Part shown: positions 9,375 to 19,097 of the stretch, piece by piece
Position numbering within the stretch: position 1 is the stretch's first letter
How the letters are laid out: each line of letters begins with the position of its first letter
The notes under the pieces: generated by a model
Told to the model about the DNA's origin: nothing
The model's input: the letters and a program-made list of their open reading frames with translations, nothing else
Databases searched by the model: none
Position numbers and translations under genes: made by a program
From: Paracoccaceae bacterium
GTDB taxonomy: Bacteria > Pseudomonadota > Alphaproteobacteria > Rhodobacterales > Rhodobacteraceae
DNA length: 64,000 bases
Direction: 5' to 3'
Assembly: GCA_963664045.2 (NCBI GenBank)
Contig: CAXXGT010000007.1
Coordinates: 170,826-234,825 of the forward strand

Positions 9375-10893
9375 AATTCCATGGTCAAGACGCTGACATT
9401 CCGTATTTTTTAATGATTCTGTCTATTGTTGTGGCACCTGCGCCGAATGACGGGATGGATCAGGATTGCTGTGAAACGAACGTGGTCACGCTTGGTACAA
9501 GATCCTTTCCTGGCTGAGTTCTCCAGTGGTCTGATGCGGTCGAACAGGCAGTGCGGCGTGAGTAACGCTGGCGGAAATTGATGAATACTTCAGGAGTTTT
9601 CACGGCGTCGCCAAAATGAGAAACTCGGGCCAAATGAGAGGCGTTTCCAGAAAGATACTCCGCAACCGCATGTTCGCACTTGCGATCCTCGCAGGAGCAA
9701 TCGTGTTCTTTGTTTACGATCTCGTTTATGACGCATTCTTAGAAAACGAATTTCCGTCTTATCATTTCTTCATCGAGCTGCTTGTCTTCATCGGCGTTTC
9801 GATAGCACTCACGTCGGCTTACGTGACCTGCTCCATTTGCGCGCACGGCTGGACCGCGAAGAGAAGCGCAACGACATGTTTTCCCGCGCACTGGCCGAGA
9901 GCATAGATGTGCAACTGGACGAATGGCAGATGACCCCGAGCGAGAAGGATGTCGCCTGGTTCATTATCAAGGGATACCGGTTTTCCGAGATTGCCCGTTT
10001 GCGCGGCGTCAAGGAAACCACTTCCCGTCTGCAGGCTACCTCGCTCTATGCGAAGGCGGGGGTCAGCGGGCGTTCGGAGTTCGTGGCCGAGATCATCCAG
10101 TCATTGCTGGAGGCTCTTCCCGAAAAAACCGATACCCGGGGCCAGACTTCGCAAACCAAATCCGAAGAGCCTTGAATTCGAGAGCCCGCCCTTCCGAACA
10201 CGCCTGGTTCCGTGTCCGCCGGAACGGGTTGGCTCGACGCACGGGCTGGACATGCGACGTTCCCTTGAGCGACCTGCGTCGACACGTTGATGCGCAGCCT
10301 GGCGAAACTGTCGAGGCCTGCATCGCCGAGGGATTCCGGGATGTGAATACGAAGAGGTTTTCCCGGGAGTTCTTCAATCGCGTTCGCGGTGTCGTTGGCA
10401 TGGAAATTGCGCTTGGCGATGCAGTTGCCCGATTTGCGCCAATGCAAATGATTGCAGCCAACCTGAGTTTCGAACGGGCATCGGAGCGGTTTCTCGCCGA
10501 GCAGGGGATCACGGCCGGAGAATTCGCTGCAAATGGCGCATTGCGGGTTTTTCATGCCGAACAGTTTTTGCTCCCGAATGGAAACCCGGACCAGGCAGTC
10601 AAGTTGTTTCGCGGCTCGACCCTGGTCGATGAATCGATGTTGACCAGTGAAGATCACGCCTCCGGACTGGTGGACGGAATCAAACATTGGATGATCCACA
10701 ACCAGTCATCCAAAGGTCGTATTCCGTACAAGTACTGGCCAAGCAGAGGCACGGAATCCCCAGCGGACAACGCCATACGGAACTTTCTTGCATCCTGGTC
10801 GCTCGCGCGGTTGGCCAAGCTCGGGAATAGCGCCGAAATAGGTGAAGCGGCGCGGCTCAATTTACGTTTCAACCTGTCCCGGTACTCCAGGCC
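9375..10893 (+). repeat. direct repeat copy 1 (~1.5 kb) flanking the metal-resistance module
   Basis: Aligned by eye to 17579-19097. Scattered substitutions plus two 1-nt indels. Confidence 0.9.
9616..10175 (+). pseudogene. membrane-anchored LuxR/GerE-family regulator, frameshifted copy
   Basis: Split into ORFs 9616..9906 and 9837..10175. A 1-nt deletion near 9811 relative to the intact copy at 17819..18379. Confidence 0.75.
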
Positions 10894-10942
10894 GTCAGCG
10901 AGGGACGAAGTTACCGCTGGAGAATGCCTCTTGATCCTCTAA
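10400..10942 (+). pseudogene. truncated copy of the 18604..19968 gene
   Basis: Same N-terminal sequence (MEIALGDAVARF...) as the second copy. Homology stops at about 10893 and the ORF runs into unrelated sequence. Confidence 0.6.
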
Positions 10943-10961
10943 TCGCTAGAGGATTTAGCAT
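10931..10961 (+). promoter_or_regulatory. MerR-family-type promoter/operator upstream of the P-type ATPase
   Basis: TTGATC, 19-nt spacer, TAGCAT. The spacer contains the dyad CCTCTA-atcgc-TAGAGG. It lies 28 nt upstream of the ATPase start. Confidence 0.55.
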
Positions 10962-10988
10962 CGCGCGGTATCGAATGTAAGGACCGAG

Positions 10989-13181
10989 ATGGCAGAGCCA
11001 ATCAAGACAAAGTACCGCGTTGGAGGAATGGACTGCGCGGCTTGCGGGAGCAAGATCGAGACTGCGGTAAGCCGGATCCATGGCGTTTCCGAAGTCGGCG
11101 CCAGCTTTACCGCCGGCACGTTGAACGTGGTCCATGACGCGGTTCAGTTCAGCGCCATCCAAGACGTCGTCAAATCACTGGGTTACAACATCTCGCCGGA
11201 CAGTCCCGCACCACGGGCGGGCGATGAAACGCTTGACCAGATCGGTCATGACCATGACCACGCCGACGGTCATCTCGATCCTGACGACGGCCCTTGGTGG
11301 AGGACACGCAAGGCGATACTTACCCTGGCCTGCGGTCTTGCGTTGGTCGTGGCCTATCTGGTCGGACGGCTTGTGCCCGATACCGGTCATTTCGCATTCA
11401 TAGCCGCGCTGCTCGTCGGCCTGATACCGGTCGGGCGACGTGCGCTGGCCGGCGCCATGGCCGGCACGCCGTTCTCCATCGAAACCCTGATGACCATTGC
11501 CGCCACCGGAGCCGTCATCATCGGCGCGACCGAGGAAGCGGCGATAGTGATCCTGTTGTTCCTTGTCGGTGAACTGCTCGAAGGCGTGGCCGCGGGCCGC
11601 GCCCGCGCCAGCATCAAGGGGCTGGCCGATCTCGTGCCCAAAACGGCGCTCCTGGTTCAAGGCGATCAGACCCGTGAAGTGCCGGCGGCTGGCCTCGCTG
11701 TGAACGAGATCGTCATGGTGCGTCCCGGAGACCGGATACCTGCCGATGGCGACATCGTCGAAGGGCACAGCGCAATCGACGAATCCCCTGTTACGGGTGA
11801 AAGCGTGCCCAAGTTCAAGCAGGTGGGCGACGAGGTGTTCGCCGGCACGATCAATACCGATGCCGTGCTGAAAATACGGGTCACGGCGAGCGCGAGCGAC
11901 AATACTATCGCGCGGGTCGTACGGCTGGTCGAGGAAGCCCAGGAGAGCAAGGCGCCGACCGCCCGATTCATCGATCGCTTCTCGATGTACTACACACCCG
12001 GCGTGCTCGTCGTCGGTGCCTTGGTGGCGATCGTACCTCCCCTCCTGTTCGGGCAGTCGTGGGGCGAATGGGTCTACAAGGGCCTTGCGATCCTGCTGAT
12101 TGGGTGTCCGTGCGCCCTCGTCATCTCGACGCCGGCCGCGATCGCCGCCGCGCTGTCGGCCGGCGCGCGTCAGGGCCTGCTCCTCAAGGGCGGCGCGGTG
12201 CTCGAACGCCTGCGCTCGATTTCGACGGTCGCGCTCGACAAGACCGGAACGCTCACCGAAGGCAAACCACAGGTGACAGACATCGTCGGGGTCGGTCGTT
12301 CGCAGAGCAAAGTGCTGTCGCTTGCGGCTGCGCTCGAGACTGGATCGAGCCATCCGCTGGCAATCGCAATTCTTGCCAGGGCACACGCCGACAAGGCGCC
12401 CATTCCACCCGCTGCATCGGCCAGGGCCATCGCTGGCCAGGGCGTCTCGGGCAAGGTCGGCGGCGAGGACGTATTCCTCGCTTCGCCTGCGGCTGCGAGG
12501 GAACGTGCCATGATCGAGCCGGAACTGCAGGCAGTGATCGACAAGTTCAATGACAACGGCAAGACCGTTTCCGTCCTCGTTGCCGGTTCAGAAGTCGCTG
12601 GCTTACTGGCGATGCGCGACGAACCTCGGGCGGCCGCCGAGGCCGGCCTTCATGCGCTCAAGGCCGCCGGCGTCGGTGTCGTCATGCTGACCGGCGACAA
12701 TGCGCGGACCGCTCGGGCAATCGGCTCGAAACTCGGTATCGAGGTTCGAGCGGGTCTGTTGCCCGAGGACAAGCAGCGCATCGTTCGCGAGTTGCAGTCC
12801 GAAGGGAAAGTGGTGGCCAAAGTCGGCGACGGTATCAACGACGCTCCAGCGCTGGCGGCGGCAGATATCGGCATCGCCATGGGTGGCGGCACAGATGTTG
12901 CGCTCGAAACCGCCGACGCCGCGGTGCTGCATGCTCGCGTGCTCGACATCGCCGGAATGATCGACCTGTCCAAGGCGACCATGACCAACATCTGGCAGAA
13001 CATCGCGGTCTCGCTTGGCCTCAAGGCCGCCTTTTTCGTGACCACCATCGTGGGTATAACCGGGCTCTGGCCGGCTATCCTGGCCGATACCGGTGCAACG
13101 GTGCTCGTAACCCTCAACGCGATGCGCCTGTTGGGTTGGGGCGTTCGCCGCCTCCCTATCGCCGCTGCTCCGGCAGCCTAA
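10989..13181 (+). CDS. heavy-metal (Cd/Zn/Pb-type) translocating P1B-type ATPase
   Basis: 730 aa with an HMA domain (GMDCAACGSKIE), a His-rich stretch, and the motifs CPC, DKTGTLT and GDGINDAP. Confidence 0.92.
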   Translation: MAEPIKTKYRVGGMDCAACGSKIETAVSRIHGVSEVGASFTAGTLNVVHDAVQFSAIQDVVKSLGYNISPDSPAPRAGDETLDQIGHDHDHADGHLDPDDGPWWRTRKAILTLACGLALVVAYLVGRLVPDTGHFAFIAALLVGLIPVGRRALAGAMAGTPFSIETLMTIAATGAVIIGATEEAAIVILLFLVGELLEGVAAGRARASIKGLADLVPKTALLVQGDQTREVPAAGLAVNEIVMVRPGDRIPADGDIVEGHSAIDESPVTGESVPKFKQVGDEVFAGTINTDAVLKIRVTASASDNTIARVVRLVEEAQESKAPTARFIDRFSMYYTPGVLVVGALVAIVPPLLFGQSWGEWVYKGLAILLIGCPCALVISTPAAIAAALSAGARQGLLLKGGAVLERLRSISTVALDKTGTLTEGKPQVTDIVGVGRSQSKVLSLAAALETGSSHPLAIAILARAHADKAPIPPAASARAIAGQGVSGKVGGEDVFLASPAAARERAMIEPELQAVIDKFNDNGKTVSVLVAGSEVAGLLAMRDEPRAAAEAGLHALKAAGVGVVMLTGDNARTARAIGSKLGIEVRAGLLPEDKQRIVRELQSEGKVVAKVGDGINDAPALAAADIGIAMGGGTDVALETADAAVLHARVLDIAGMIDLSKATMTNIWQNIAVSLGLKAAFFVTTIVGITGLWPAILADTGATVLVTLNAMRLLGWGVRRLPIAAAPAA

Positions 13182-13183
13182 GT

Positions 13184-13236
13184 GTAGCGGCTTGAGATCA
13201 TCTGACGCCGCACTTGAGATCATCTCAAGCCGCTAC
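13184..13236 (+). terminator. 15-bp-stem hairpin downstream of the ATPase gene
   Basis: gtagcggcttgagat ... atctcaagccgctac. No clear T-tract, so terminator function is uncertain. Confidence 0.35.
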
Positions 13237-13536
13237 AGCTACCGGAATCGACCCCCAAAAGCACAATCTACCGCTACCTCGCTCACAAGGACAGCTGAGA
13301 GCAGTTCTTGCAACAGGGCCCATTTGCGTTTCCGGACCGCGCGGCCGGGTTGATCCGTGTTCCAGCAGATGATGATCGCCGGAAGGAGATTGAGCCCAAT
13401 TTGCAGATTTCAGCCGGGATCAGGGCGGCGGAATGGCCCTCTCGTGCTGCTCAGCCCCAAATGTATGGGCAATCACCCATGAGGGCCACGAGAGAGGCCC
13501 GGAGCCGTGCACGCCTGCAAGACGGCGTCTGAGAGC

Positions 13537-13950
13537 TCACGAGCCAATCGTTTCGAGCACCGGGCAGTCCGGCACATCGGCGCCGGAACATTTCGCAGCG
13601 GTTTCGGCAAGAACAGCTTCAATACGCCTGAGATCCGCGATCCTCGCGCGAATGTCGGAAAGGTGCCGTTCCGTTCGCTCTTTGACCTCTGCGCAGGTTG
13701 GAGCACCGCCGTCCTCAAGGCCCAGAAGTCTCCGGATATCGTCCATAGGGAACCCGAGTTCGCGGGCCCGCAGGATGAAGCGCAGGCGTGTGGCATGGGT
13801 CGCGGAGTAGATGCGGTAACCTGCGTCCGTTCGGGGCGGGTCGGGCAAGAGGCCGATTTTCTCGTAGTAGCGGATCGTCTCGATGTTGCAGCCGGTCGCG
13901 CGGGCCAGGTCTCCTCGCGTGAGGCCACTCTCGCTCTCGTGATCTGACAC
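13537..13950 (-). CDS. merR: MerR-family Hg(II)-responsive transcriptional regulator
   Basis: GTG start with an AGAGGA RBS. HTH LTRGDLARATGCNIETIRYYEKIGLL. Conserved Cys residues (TCAEV, KCSG...DCP). Divergent from merT. Confidence 0.85.
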   Translation of the reverse strand: MSDHESESGLTRGDLARATGCNIETIRYYEKIGLLPDPPRTDAGYRIYSATHATRLRFILRARELGFPMDDIRRLLGLEDGGAPTCAEVKERTERHLSDIRARIADLRRIEAVLAETAAKCSGADVPDCPVLETIGS

Positions 13951-13963
13951 GGGATTTTTCCTC

Positions 13964-13994
13964 TTGAGCCTGTAGTCGCTACAGACCTTATACC
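13964..13994 (+). promoter_or_regulatory. mer operator/promoter
   Basis: TTGAGC, 19-nt spacer, TATACC, with the dyad CTGTAG-tcg-CTACAG. Lies between merR and merT. Confidence 0.6.
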
Positions 13995-14016
13995 CATCGT
14001 CAATCAATGACGAGAT

Positions 14017-14415
14017 GTGCGTGACATGGAACTTGCAGACGATCGGACGGACAACGCGGGAGAGGATCGCCAGGCCCGGAAGGGCTGGCTCGCGGCGGGC
14101 GGCGTTTTGGGCGCCATTCTTGCCTCGGCCTGTTGCGTCGGGCCCCTGGTGCTGCTCACGCTCGGCATCTCCGGCGCCTGGATCGGCAACCTCACGACGC
14201 TGGAGCCCTACAAGCCGATCTTCGCCGTGATCGCGCTCGGCTTCATCGCGGCGGGCTTCCGGCAGGTGTATTTTCGCAAGCCGGTGGCCTGCGAGCCGGG
14301 ATCCCACTGCGCGCGCCCGTCATCGGCCCACATCACCAGGATGACGCTCTGGGCGTCCCTCGTTCTCGTTCTCGCGGCGCTCACGATCAACTGGTGGGCC
14401 CCGCTTCTCTACTGA
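14017..14415 (+). CDS. merT: mercuric ion transporter MerT
   Basis: LASACCVGPLVLLTLGISGAWIGNLTTLEPYKPIF is a typical MerT with a CC pair in TM1. The start may be GTG 14017 or ATG 14026. Confidence 0.9.
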   Translation: MRDMELADDRTDNAGEDRQARKGWLAAGGVLGAILASACCVGPLVLLTLGISGAWIGNLTTLEPYKPIFAVIALGFIAAGFRQVYFRKPVACEPGSHCARPSSAHITRMTLWASLVLVLAALTINWWAPLLY

Positions 14416-14432
14416 CCCGAAAGGACATCCCC

Positions 14433-14738
14433 ATGAAGAAAGCTCTTGCGCTCGCCGTGTTCGGGCTGACCACCGCGGTCTCGATGACCGCCATTCCTGT
14501 TGCCGCACAATCCGTTGCCGCGGAGCAGACAGTAATCTTCGCGGTCGAAAACATGACCTGCGCGCTGTGCCCGATCACGGTGAAGCGCGCGATGGAAGGT
14601 GTCGAAGGCGTCCGCGGCGTCGAGATCGACTTCGAGGCCCGCACGGCCACGGTCGTTTTCGACACCGCCGCGACCAGCGCCGACGCCATTGCGGCCGCCT
14701 CCGCCAACGCGGGTTATCCGGCTGTCACGGGCGGTTGA
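14433..14738 (+). CDS. merP: periplasmic mercury-binding protein MerP
   Basis: Signal peptide followed by an HMA fold with the MTCALCP motif. Confidence 0.9.
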   Translation: MKKALALAVFGLTTAVSMTAIPVAAQSVAAEQTVIFAVENMTCALCPITVKRAMEGVEGVRGVEIDFEARTATVVFDTAATSADAIAAASANAGYPAVTGG

Positions 14739-14810
14739 GCTCATGCGCGAAGAACTGATGGGCGGAGTGCTCGCGACCGCGGCCCGCCACCCGGTTGTTG
14801 ATCGTTTGCT

Positions 14811-15002
14811 GTGGGGGTGGGCGGGGTTCTGCTCGCCGGATTCCCCGGAGTGATTAGTGGCTGGTCAAACGGGTTCGCTGGCATCTCGGTTTTGCAAGCA
14901 GCTGCGGCAGCGGCGATGACCTGGGGCACTTTTCGCAGAAGCAAGCAAACGGACGGGTGCTGCGTGCAGCCGGGGAACCCGAAAGGCACACAAGATGACT
15001 GA
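14811..15002 (+). CDS. small two-TM protein with C-terminal vicinal Cys pair (MerF/MerE-like?)
   Basis: 63 aa ending ..RRSKQTDGCCVQPG... Its stop overlaps the merF start (ATGACTGA). Confidence 0.35.
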   Translation: MGVGGVLLAGFPGVISGWSNGFAGISVLQAAAAAAMTWGTFRRSKQTDGCCVQPGNPKGTQDD

Positions 15003-15237
15003 ACGCTCTGACCACGATCTGCTGAAGACGGGGATTGTTGGCGGCATCATCGTCGCACTCTGCTGCTTCACGCCGGTCCTGGTTGTGCTGCTGGGGGCAG
15101 TAGGCCTCTCCGCTGTGCTTGGCTGGATCGACTATGTGCTATTTCCCGCACTGGCCTTTTTTGTTGCGCTGACCGCCTACGCGGTCTGGCGCAAGTACAA
15201 CCAAACCAAAGAGAATGGATCGTTCCATGACAGATGA
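14995..15237 (+). CDS. merF: mercury transporter MerF
   Basis: IVALCCFTPVLVVLLGAVGLSAVLGWIDYVLFPALAFF matches MerF closely. The usual C-terminal CC pair is absent. Confidence 0.85.
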   Translation: MTERSDHDLLKTGIVGGIIVALCCFTPVLVVLLGAVGLSAVLGWIDYVLFPALAFFVALTAYAVWRKYNQTKENGSFHDR

Positions 15238-16651
15238 TTGCTGCCCGCCCAAGGGTGACTTCGACCTTGCCGTGATCGGCGCTGGCTCGGCCGGGTTCTC
15301 GGCGGCTATCACGGCCGCCGAGGGCGGCAAGCGTGTCGCCATGATCGGCCATGGCACCATTGGCGGGACCTGCGTGAACGTGGGCTGCGTGCCTTCCAAG
15401 ACGATGATCCGCGCCGCCGAAGCGGTCCATGGCGTGGGGGCGGCCAACCGCTTTCCCGGCCTGCGGTGCGCGGCTGAGGTCGCCGATTGGGCCGCGCTCG
15501 TTGCGGCCAAGGACGATCTCGTTGCGACACTGCGGCAGAAGAAGTATGCCGACCTGCTGCCTGACCATGACAATGTCACCTATATCGACGAGGGCCCGGC
15601 GCGGCTTGTCGAAGGCGGTGTCGAGGTCGGCGGGCGCAGGATCGCCGCGCCGAAGGTGATCGTCGCCACCGGCGGGCGGTCGGCGGTCCCCGACATCCCC
15701 GGCATTCCGGATGTGCCCACGCTGGACAGCACTTCGCTGCTGGAACTTGAACGGCTGCCCGAGAGCCTGATCTTCCTCGGCGGCGGCTATATCGGAGTTG
15801 AGCTTGCGCAGATGATGGCCCGGATGGGTGTCACCGTGACCATCGTCTGCCGCTCGCGCCTGCTGCCGCGGGCCGAGCCCGAGGTGTCCGAAGCGCTCAC
15901 GGAAGTCCTGCGCGCCGAGGGTCTGACGATCCTCGACGGTGTGCGCTACGAAGGCGCGCGTGCCGCGGGCAGTGGCGTGATCTTGTCGGTGAACAAGGAC
16001 GGGTCCGCGCGCGATCTGACTGCCGAACACCGTGTCCTCACGACGGGGCGCACGCCGAATACCGAAGGTCTCGGTCTGTCGGATATGGGCCTGAAGACTG
16101 ACTGCCGAGGTGCGATCTGCGTCGGCGACAACATGGCAACGACACGCCCCGGCATATATGCCGCTGGCGACGTGACCAACCGCGACCAGTTCGTCTACAT
16201 GGCCGCCTATGGCGCAAAGATTGCCGCCCGCAATGCTGTGCTGGGCGGGGCGGAACGCTACGACAATGTCGCGATGCCTTGGGTGGTGTTCACCGATCCG
16301 CAGGTCGCCGGCGTCGGCCTAACCGAGATGCAGGCCCGCGAGGCTGGCCATGACGTCAAGACCAGCGTGCTTGGCCTCGACAACCTGCCACGGGCACTCG
16401 CCGCCCGCGACACGCGAGGCCTCATCAAGCTGGTCGCCGACGCGAAGACCGACCGCCTGCTCGGCGGCGTGATCCTGGCACCGGAGGGGGCCGACAGCGT
16501 GCAGACGCTCGTCATGGCACTCAAGTCTGGCATGACGGCCAGGGCGCTCGGCGAGACTGTCTTCCCCTATCTCACCACGGTCGAGGGACTTAAGCTTGCC
16601 GCGCAGACTTTCGACAAGGATGTGACGAAACTGTCGTGCTGTGCGGGGTGA
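15215..16651 (+). CDS. merA: mercuric reductase MerA (core enzyme, no NmerA domain)
   Basis: GAGSAGF FAD motif, redox-active CVNVGCVPSK, and C-terminal KLSCCAG. The start may instead be ATG 15227 (MTDDCCPPKG). Confidence 0.95.
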   Translation: MDRSMTDDCCPPKGDFDLAVIGAGSAGFSAAITAAEGGKRVAMIGHGTIGGTCVNVGCVPSKTMIRAAEAVHGVGAANRFPGLRCAAEVADWAALVAAKDDLVATLRQKKYADLLPDHDNVTYIDEGPARLVEGGVEVGGRRIAAPKVIVATGGRSAVPDIPGIPDVPTLDSTSLLELERLPESLIFLGGGYIGVELAQMMARMGVTVTIVCRSRLLPRAEPEVSEALTEVLRAEGLTILDGVRYEGARAAGSGVILSVNKDGSARDLTAEHRVLTTGRTPNTEGLGLSDMGLKTDCRGAICVGDNMATTRPGIYAAGDVTNRDQFVYMAAYGAKIAARNAVLGGAERYDNVAMPWVVFTDPQVAGVGLTEMQAREAGHDVKTSVLGLDNLPRALAARDTRGLIKLVADAKTDRLLGGVILAPEGADSVQTLVMALKSGMTARALGETVFPYLTTVEGLKLAAQTFDKDVTKLSCCAG

Positions 16652-16739
16652 GGCTTGACCGTCCACCGGGTGGACCGCCCACACTCAAGACCTGGATGGT
16701 CACAGAGCGGCATGGTCCCGATCTACCGATTCCGGTTGA

Positions 16740-17537
16740 TCAGGCCGCTGCGCTGATATCCGTCGTGAAATCACGAAACAGCGGGTCTGTTGGTATGGAT
16801 GTGTCGGCGAACCAGACCTGGTCCACTCCACGCGGAAGTCCATTGGGGTACGCTTCCCGAATGGCGTCCAGCATCTTGCGTTCATTCATGAGCGCAATGT
16901 CGTCGTTTTCAATGAGCAGAATGGTCGTGGTGGCGGGCCCCTGGTACTTCCCGAGCTTCGTTGCCTTCCTGTCCATGATTTTCCCAATCCGTGCGGGCAA
17001 GGAATCGTCTTCGGGTTCGAACCGCCGAAAACCCGTAACGGCAGGCCTTTGTCCTTTCCAGACGTAGAGCACGATCGGGTTCTCGACGGGAACCGACGTC
17101 GGAAGACTTATCCTGTGGTTGCCATGGTCCAGGCGAGGCGCGTGGTCCACGATCCAACTTCGAAGATCCTCACGAATGCAATCCCAGTCCATACCGGTCG
17201 TAATTGCGTCGAATTCAAGGGTGATGGTGAAACCGCAATCCACGGAATCTTTAATCACCTGATCCAAGCCGCCAATGACACGCGAATACCAATGTGTGAC
17301 CCTTCGCTGATGCGCAACGCTGTCGATGCTCGTGTGCTCGATCGCGAACGGTCCGGCTATTGCATCGATTTCCGGGCATTGGCGGTTCTTTTCATCTGGC
17401 CGGCGATCCACCGCCAGTTTCGCGCAACCTCTCTGGTGACCCAAATGGGTGACGAACAGGTCTATTACGTCGCGGTCATCCATTTCGAAATTGCATGGCT
17501 CATGTCCCATTCCCCGGCATGCAGCAGTCGATTCCAA
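16740..17537 (-). CDS. hypothetical protein (265 aa)
   Basis: Long ORF with no recognised domain. It is the last gene of the segment between the direct repeats. Confidence 0.5.
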   Translation of the reverse strand: MESTAACRGMGHEPCNFEMDDRDVIDLFVTHLGHQRGCAKLAVDRRPDEKNRQCPEIDAIAGPFAIEHTSIDSVAHQRRVTHWYSRVIGGLDQVIKDSVDCGFTITLEFDAITTGMDWDCIREDLRSWIVDHAPRLDHGNHRISLPTSVPVENPIVLYVWKGQRPAVTGFRRFEPEDDSLPARIGKIMDRKATKLGKYQGPATTTILLIENDDIALMNERKMLDAIREAYPNGLPRGVDQVWFADTSIPTDPLFRDFTTDISAAA

Positions 17538-17578
17538 CAGATATCCATCTGTTTTCTCTTCTCCCTTGCCATCCCCAC

Positions 17579-19097
17579 AATTCCATGGTCAAGACGCTGA
17601 TATTCCGTATTTTTATTGATTCTATCTACTGTTGTGGCACCTGCGCCGAATGACGGGATGGATCAGGATTCCTGTGAAACGATCGTGCTCACGCTTGGCA
17701 CAAGACCCGGTCCTGGCCAAGTTCTCCAGTGGTCTGATGCGGTCGAACAGGCAGTACGGCGTGAGTAACGCTGGCGGAAATTGATGGAAACTTCAGGAGT
17801 TTTCACGGCGGCGCCAAAATGAGAAACTCGGTCCAAATGAGAGGCGTTTCCAGAAAGATACTCCGCAACCGCATGTTCGCACTTGCGATCCTCGCAGGAG
17901 CAATCGTGTTCTTTGTCTACGATCTCGTTTATGACGCATTCTTAGAAAACGAATTTCCGTCTTATCATTTCTTTATCGAGCTGCTTGTCTTCATCGGCGT
18001 TTCGACAGCACTCATTGTCGGCTTGCGTGACCTGCTCCATTTGCGCGCACGGCTGGCCCGCGAAGAGAAGCGCAACGACATGTTTTCCCGCGCACTGGCC
18101 GTGAGCATAGATGTGCAACTGGACGAATGGCAGATGACCCCGAGCGAGAAGGATGTCGCCTGGTTCATTATCAAGGGATACCGGTTTTCCGAGATTGCCC
18201 GTTTGCGCGGCGTCAAGGAAACCACTTCCCGTCTGCAGGCTACCTCGCTCTATGCGAAGGCGGGGGTCAGCGGACGTTCGGAGTTCGTGGCCGAGATCAT
18301 CCAGTCATTGCTGGAGGCTCTTCCCGAAAAAACCGATTCCCGGGGCCGGACTTCGCAAACCAAATCCGAAGAGTCTTGAATTCGAGAGCCCGCCCTTCCG
18401 AACACGCCTGGTTCCGTGTCCGCCGGAACGGGTTGGCTCGACGCACGGGCTGGACATGCGACGTTCCCTTGAGCGACCTGCGTCGACACGTTGATGCGCA
18501 GCCTGGCGAAACTGTCGAGGCCTGCATCGCCGAGGGATTCCGGGATGTGAATACGAAGAGGTTTTCCCGGGAGTTCTTCAATCGCGTTCGCGGTGTCGTT
18601 GGCATGGAAATTGCGCTTGGCGATGCGGTTGCCCGATTTGCGCCAATGCAAATGATTGCAGCCAACCTGAGCTTCGAACGGGCATTGGAGCGGTTTCTCG
18701 CCGAGCAGGCGATCACGGCCGGAGAATTCGCTGCAAATGGGGCATTGCGGGTTTTCCATGCCGAACAGTTCTTGCTCCCGAATGGAAACCCGGACCAGGC
18801 AGTCAAGTTGTTTCGCGGCTCGACCCTGGTCGATGAATCGATGTCCACCAGTGAAGATCACGCCTCCGGACTGGTGGACGGAATCAAACATTGGATGATC
18901 CACAACCAGTCATCCAAAGGTCGTATTCCGTACAAGTACTGGCCAAGCAGAGGCACGGAATCCCCAGCGGACAACGCCATACGGAACTTTCTTGCATCCT
19001 GGTCGCTCGCGCGGTTGGCCAAGCACGGGAATAGCGCCGAAACAGGTGAAGTGGCGCGGCTCAATTTACGTTTCAACCTGTCCCGGTACTTCAGGCC
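17579..19097 (+). repeat. direct repeat copy 2 (~1.5 kb)
   Basis: Pairs with 9375-10893. In this copy both genes are intact. Confidence 0.9.
17819..18379 (+). CDS. membrane-anchored LuxR/GerE-family transcriptional regulator
   Basis: 186 aa with two N-terminal TM segments and a C-terminal HTH (TPSEKDVAWFIIKGYRFSEIARLRGVKETTSRLQATSLYAKAGV). Confidence 0.8.
   Translation: MRNSVQMRGVSRKILRNRMFALAILAGAIVFFVYDLVYDAFLENEFPSYHFFIELLVFIGVSTALIVGLRDLLHLRARLAREEKRNDMFSRALAVSIDVQLDEWQMTPSEKDVAWFIIKGYRFSEIARLRGVKETTSRLQATSLYAKAGVSGRSEFVAEIIQSLLEALPEKTDSRGRTSQTKSEES

Noticed and set aside
18127-18603. N-terminal extension of the 613-aa ORF overlapping the luxR-type gene (and the equivalent at 9923..10399).
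   Set aside because: It overlaps a well-supported gene in another frame and has Arg/Gly-rich composition. The start was moved to the first Met after the luxR stop.
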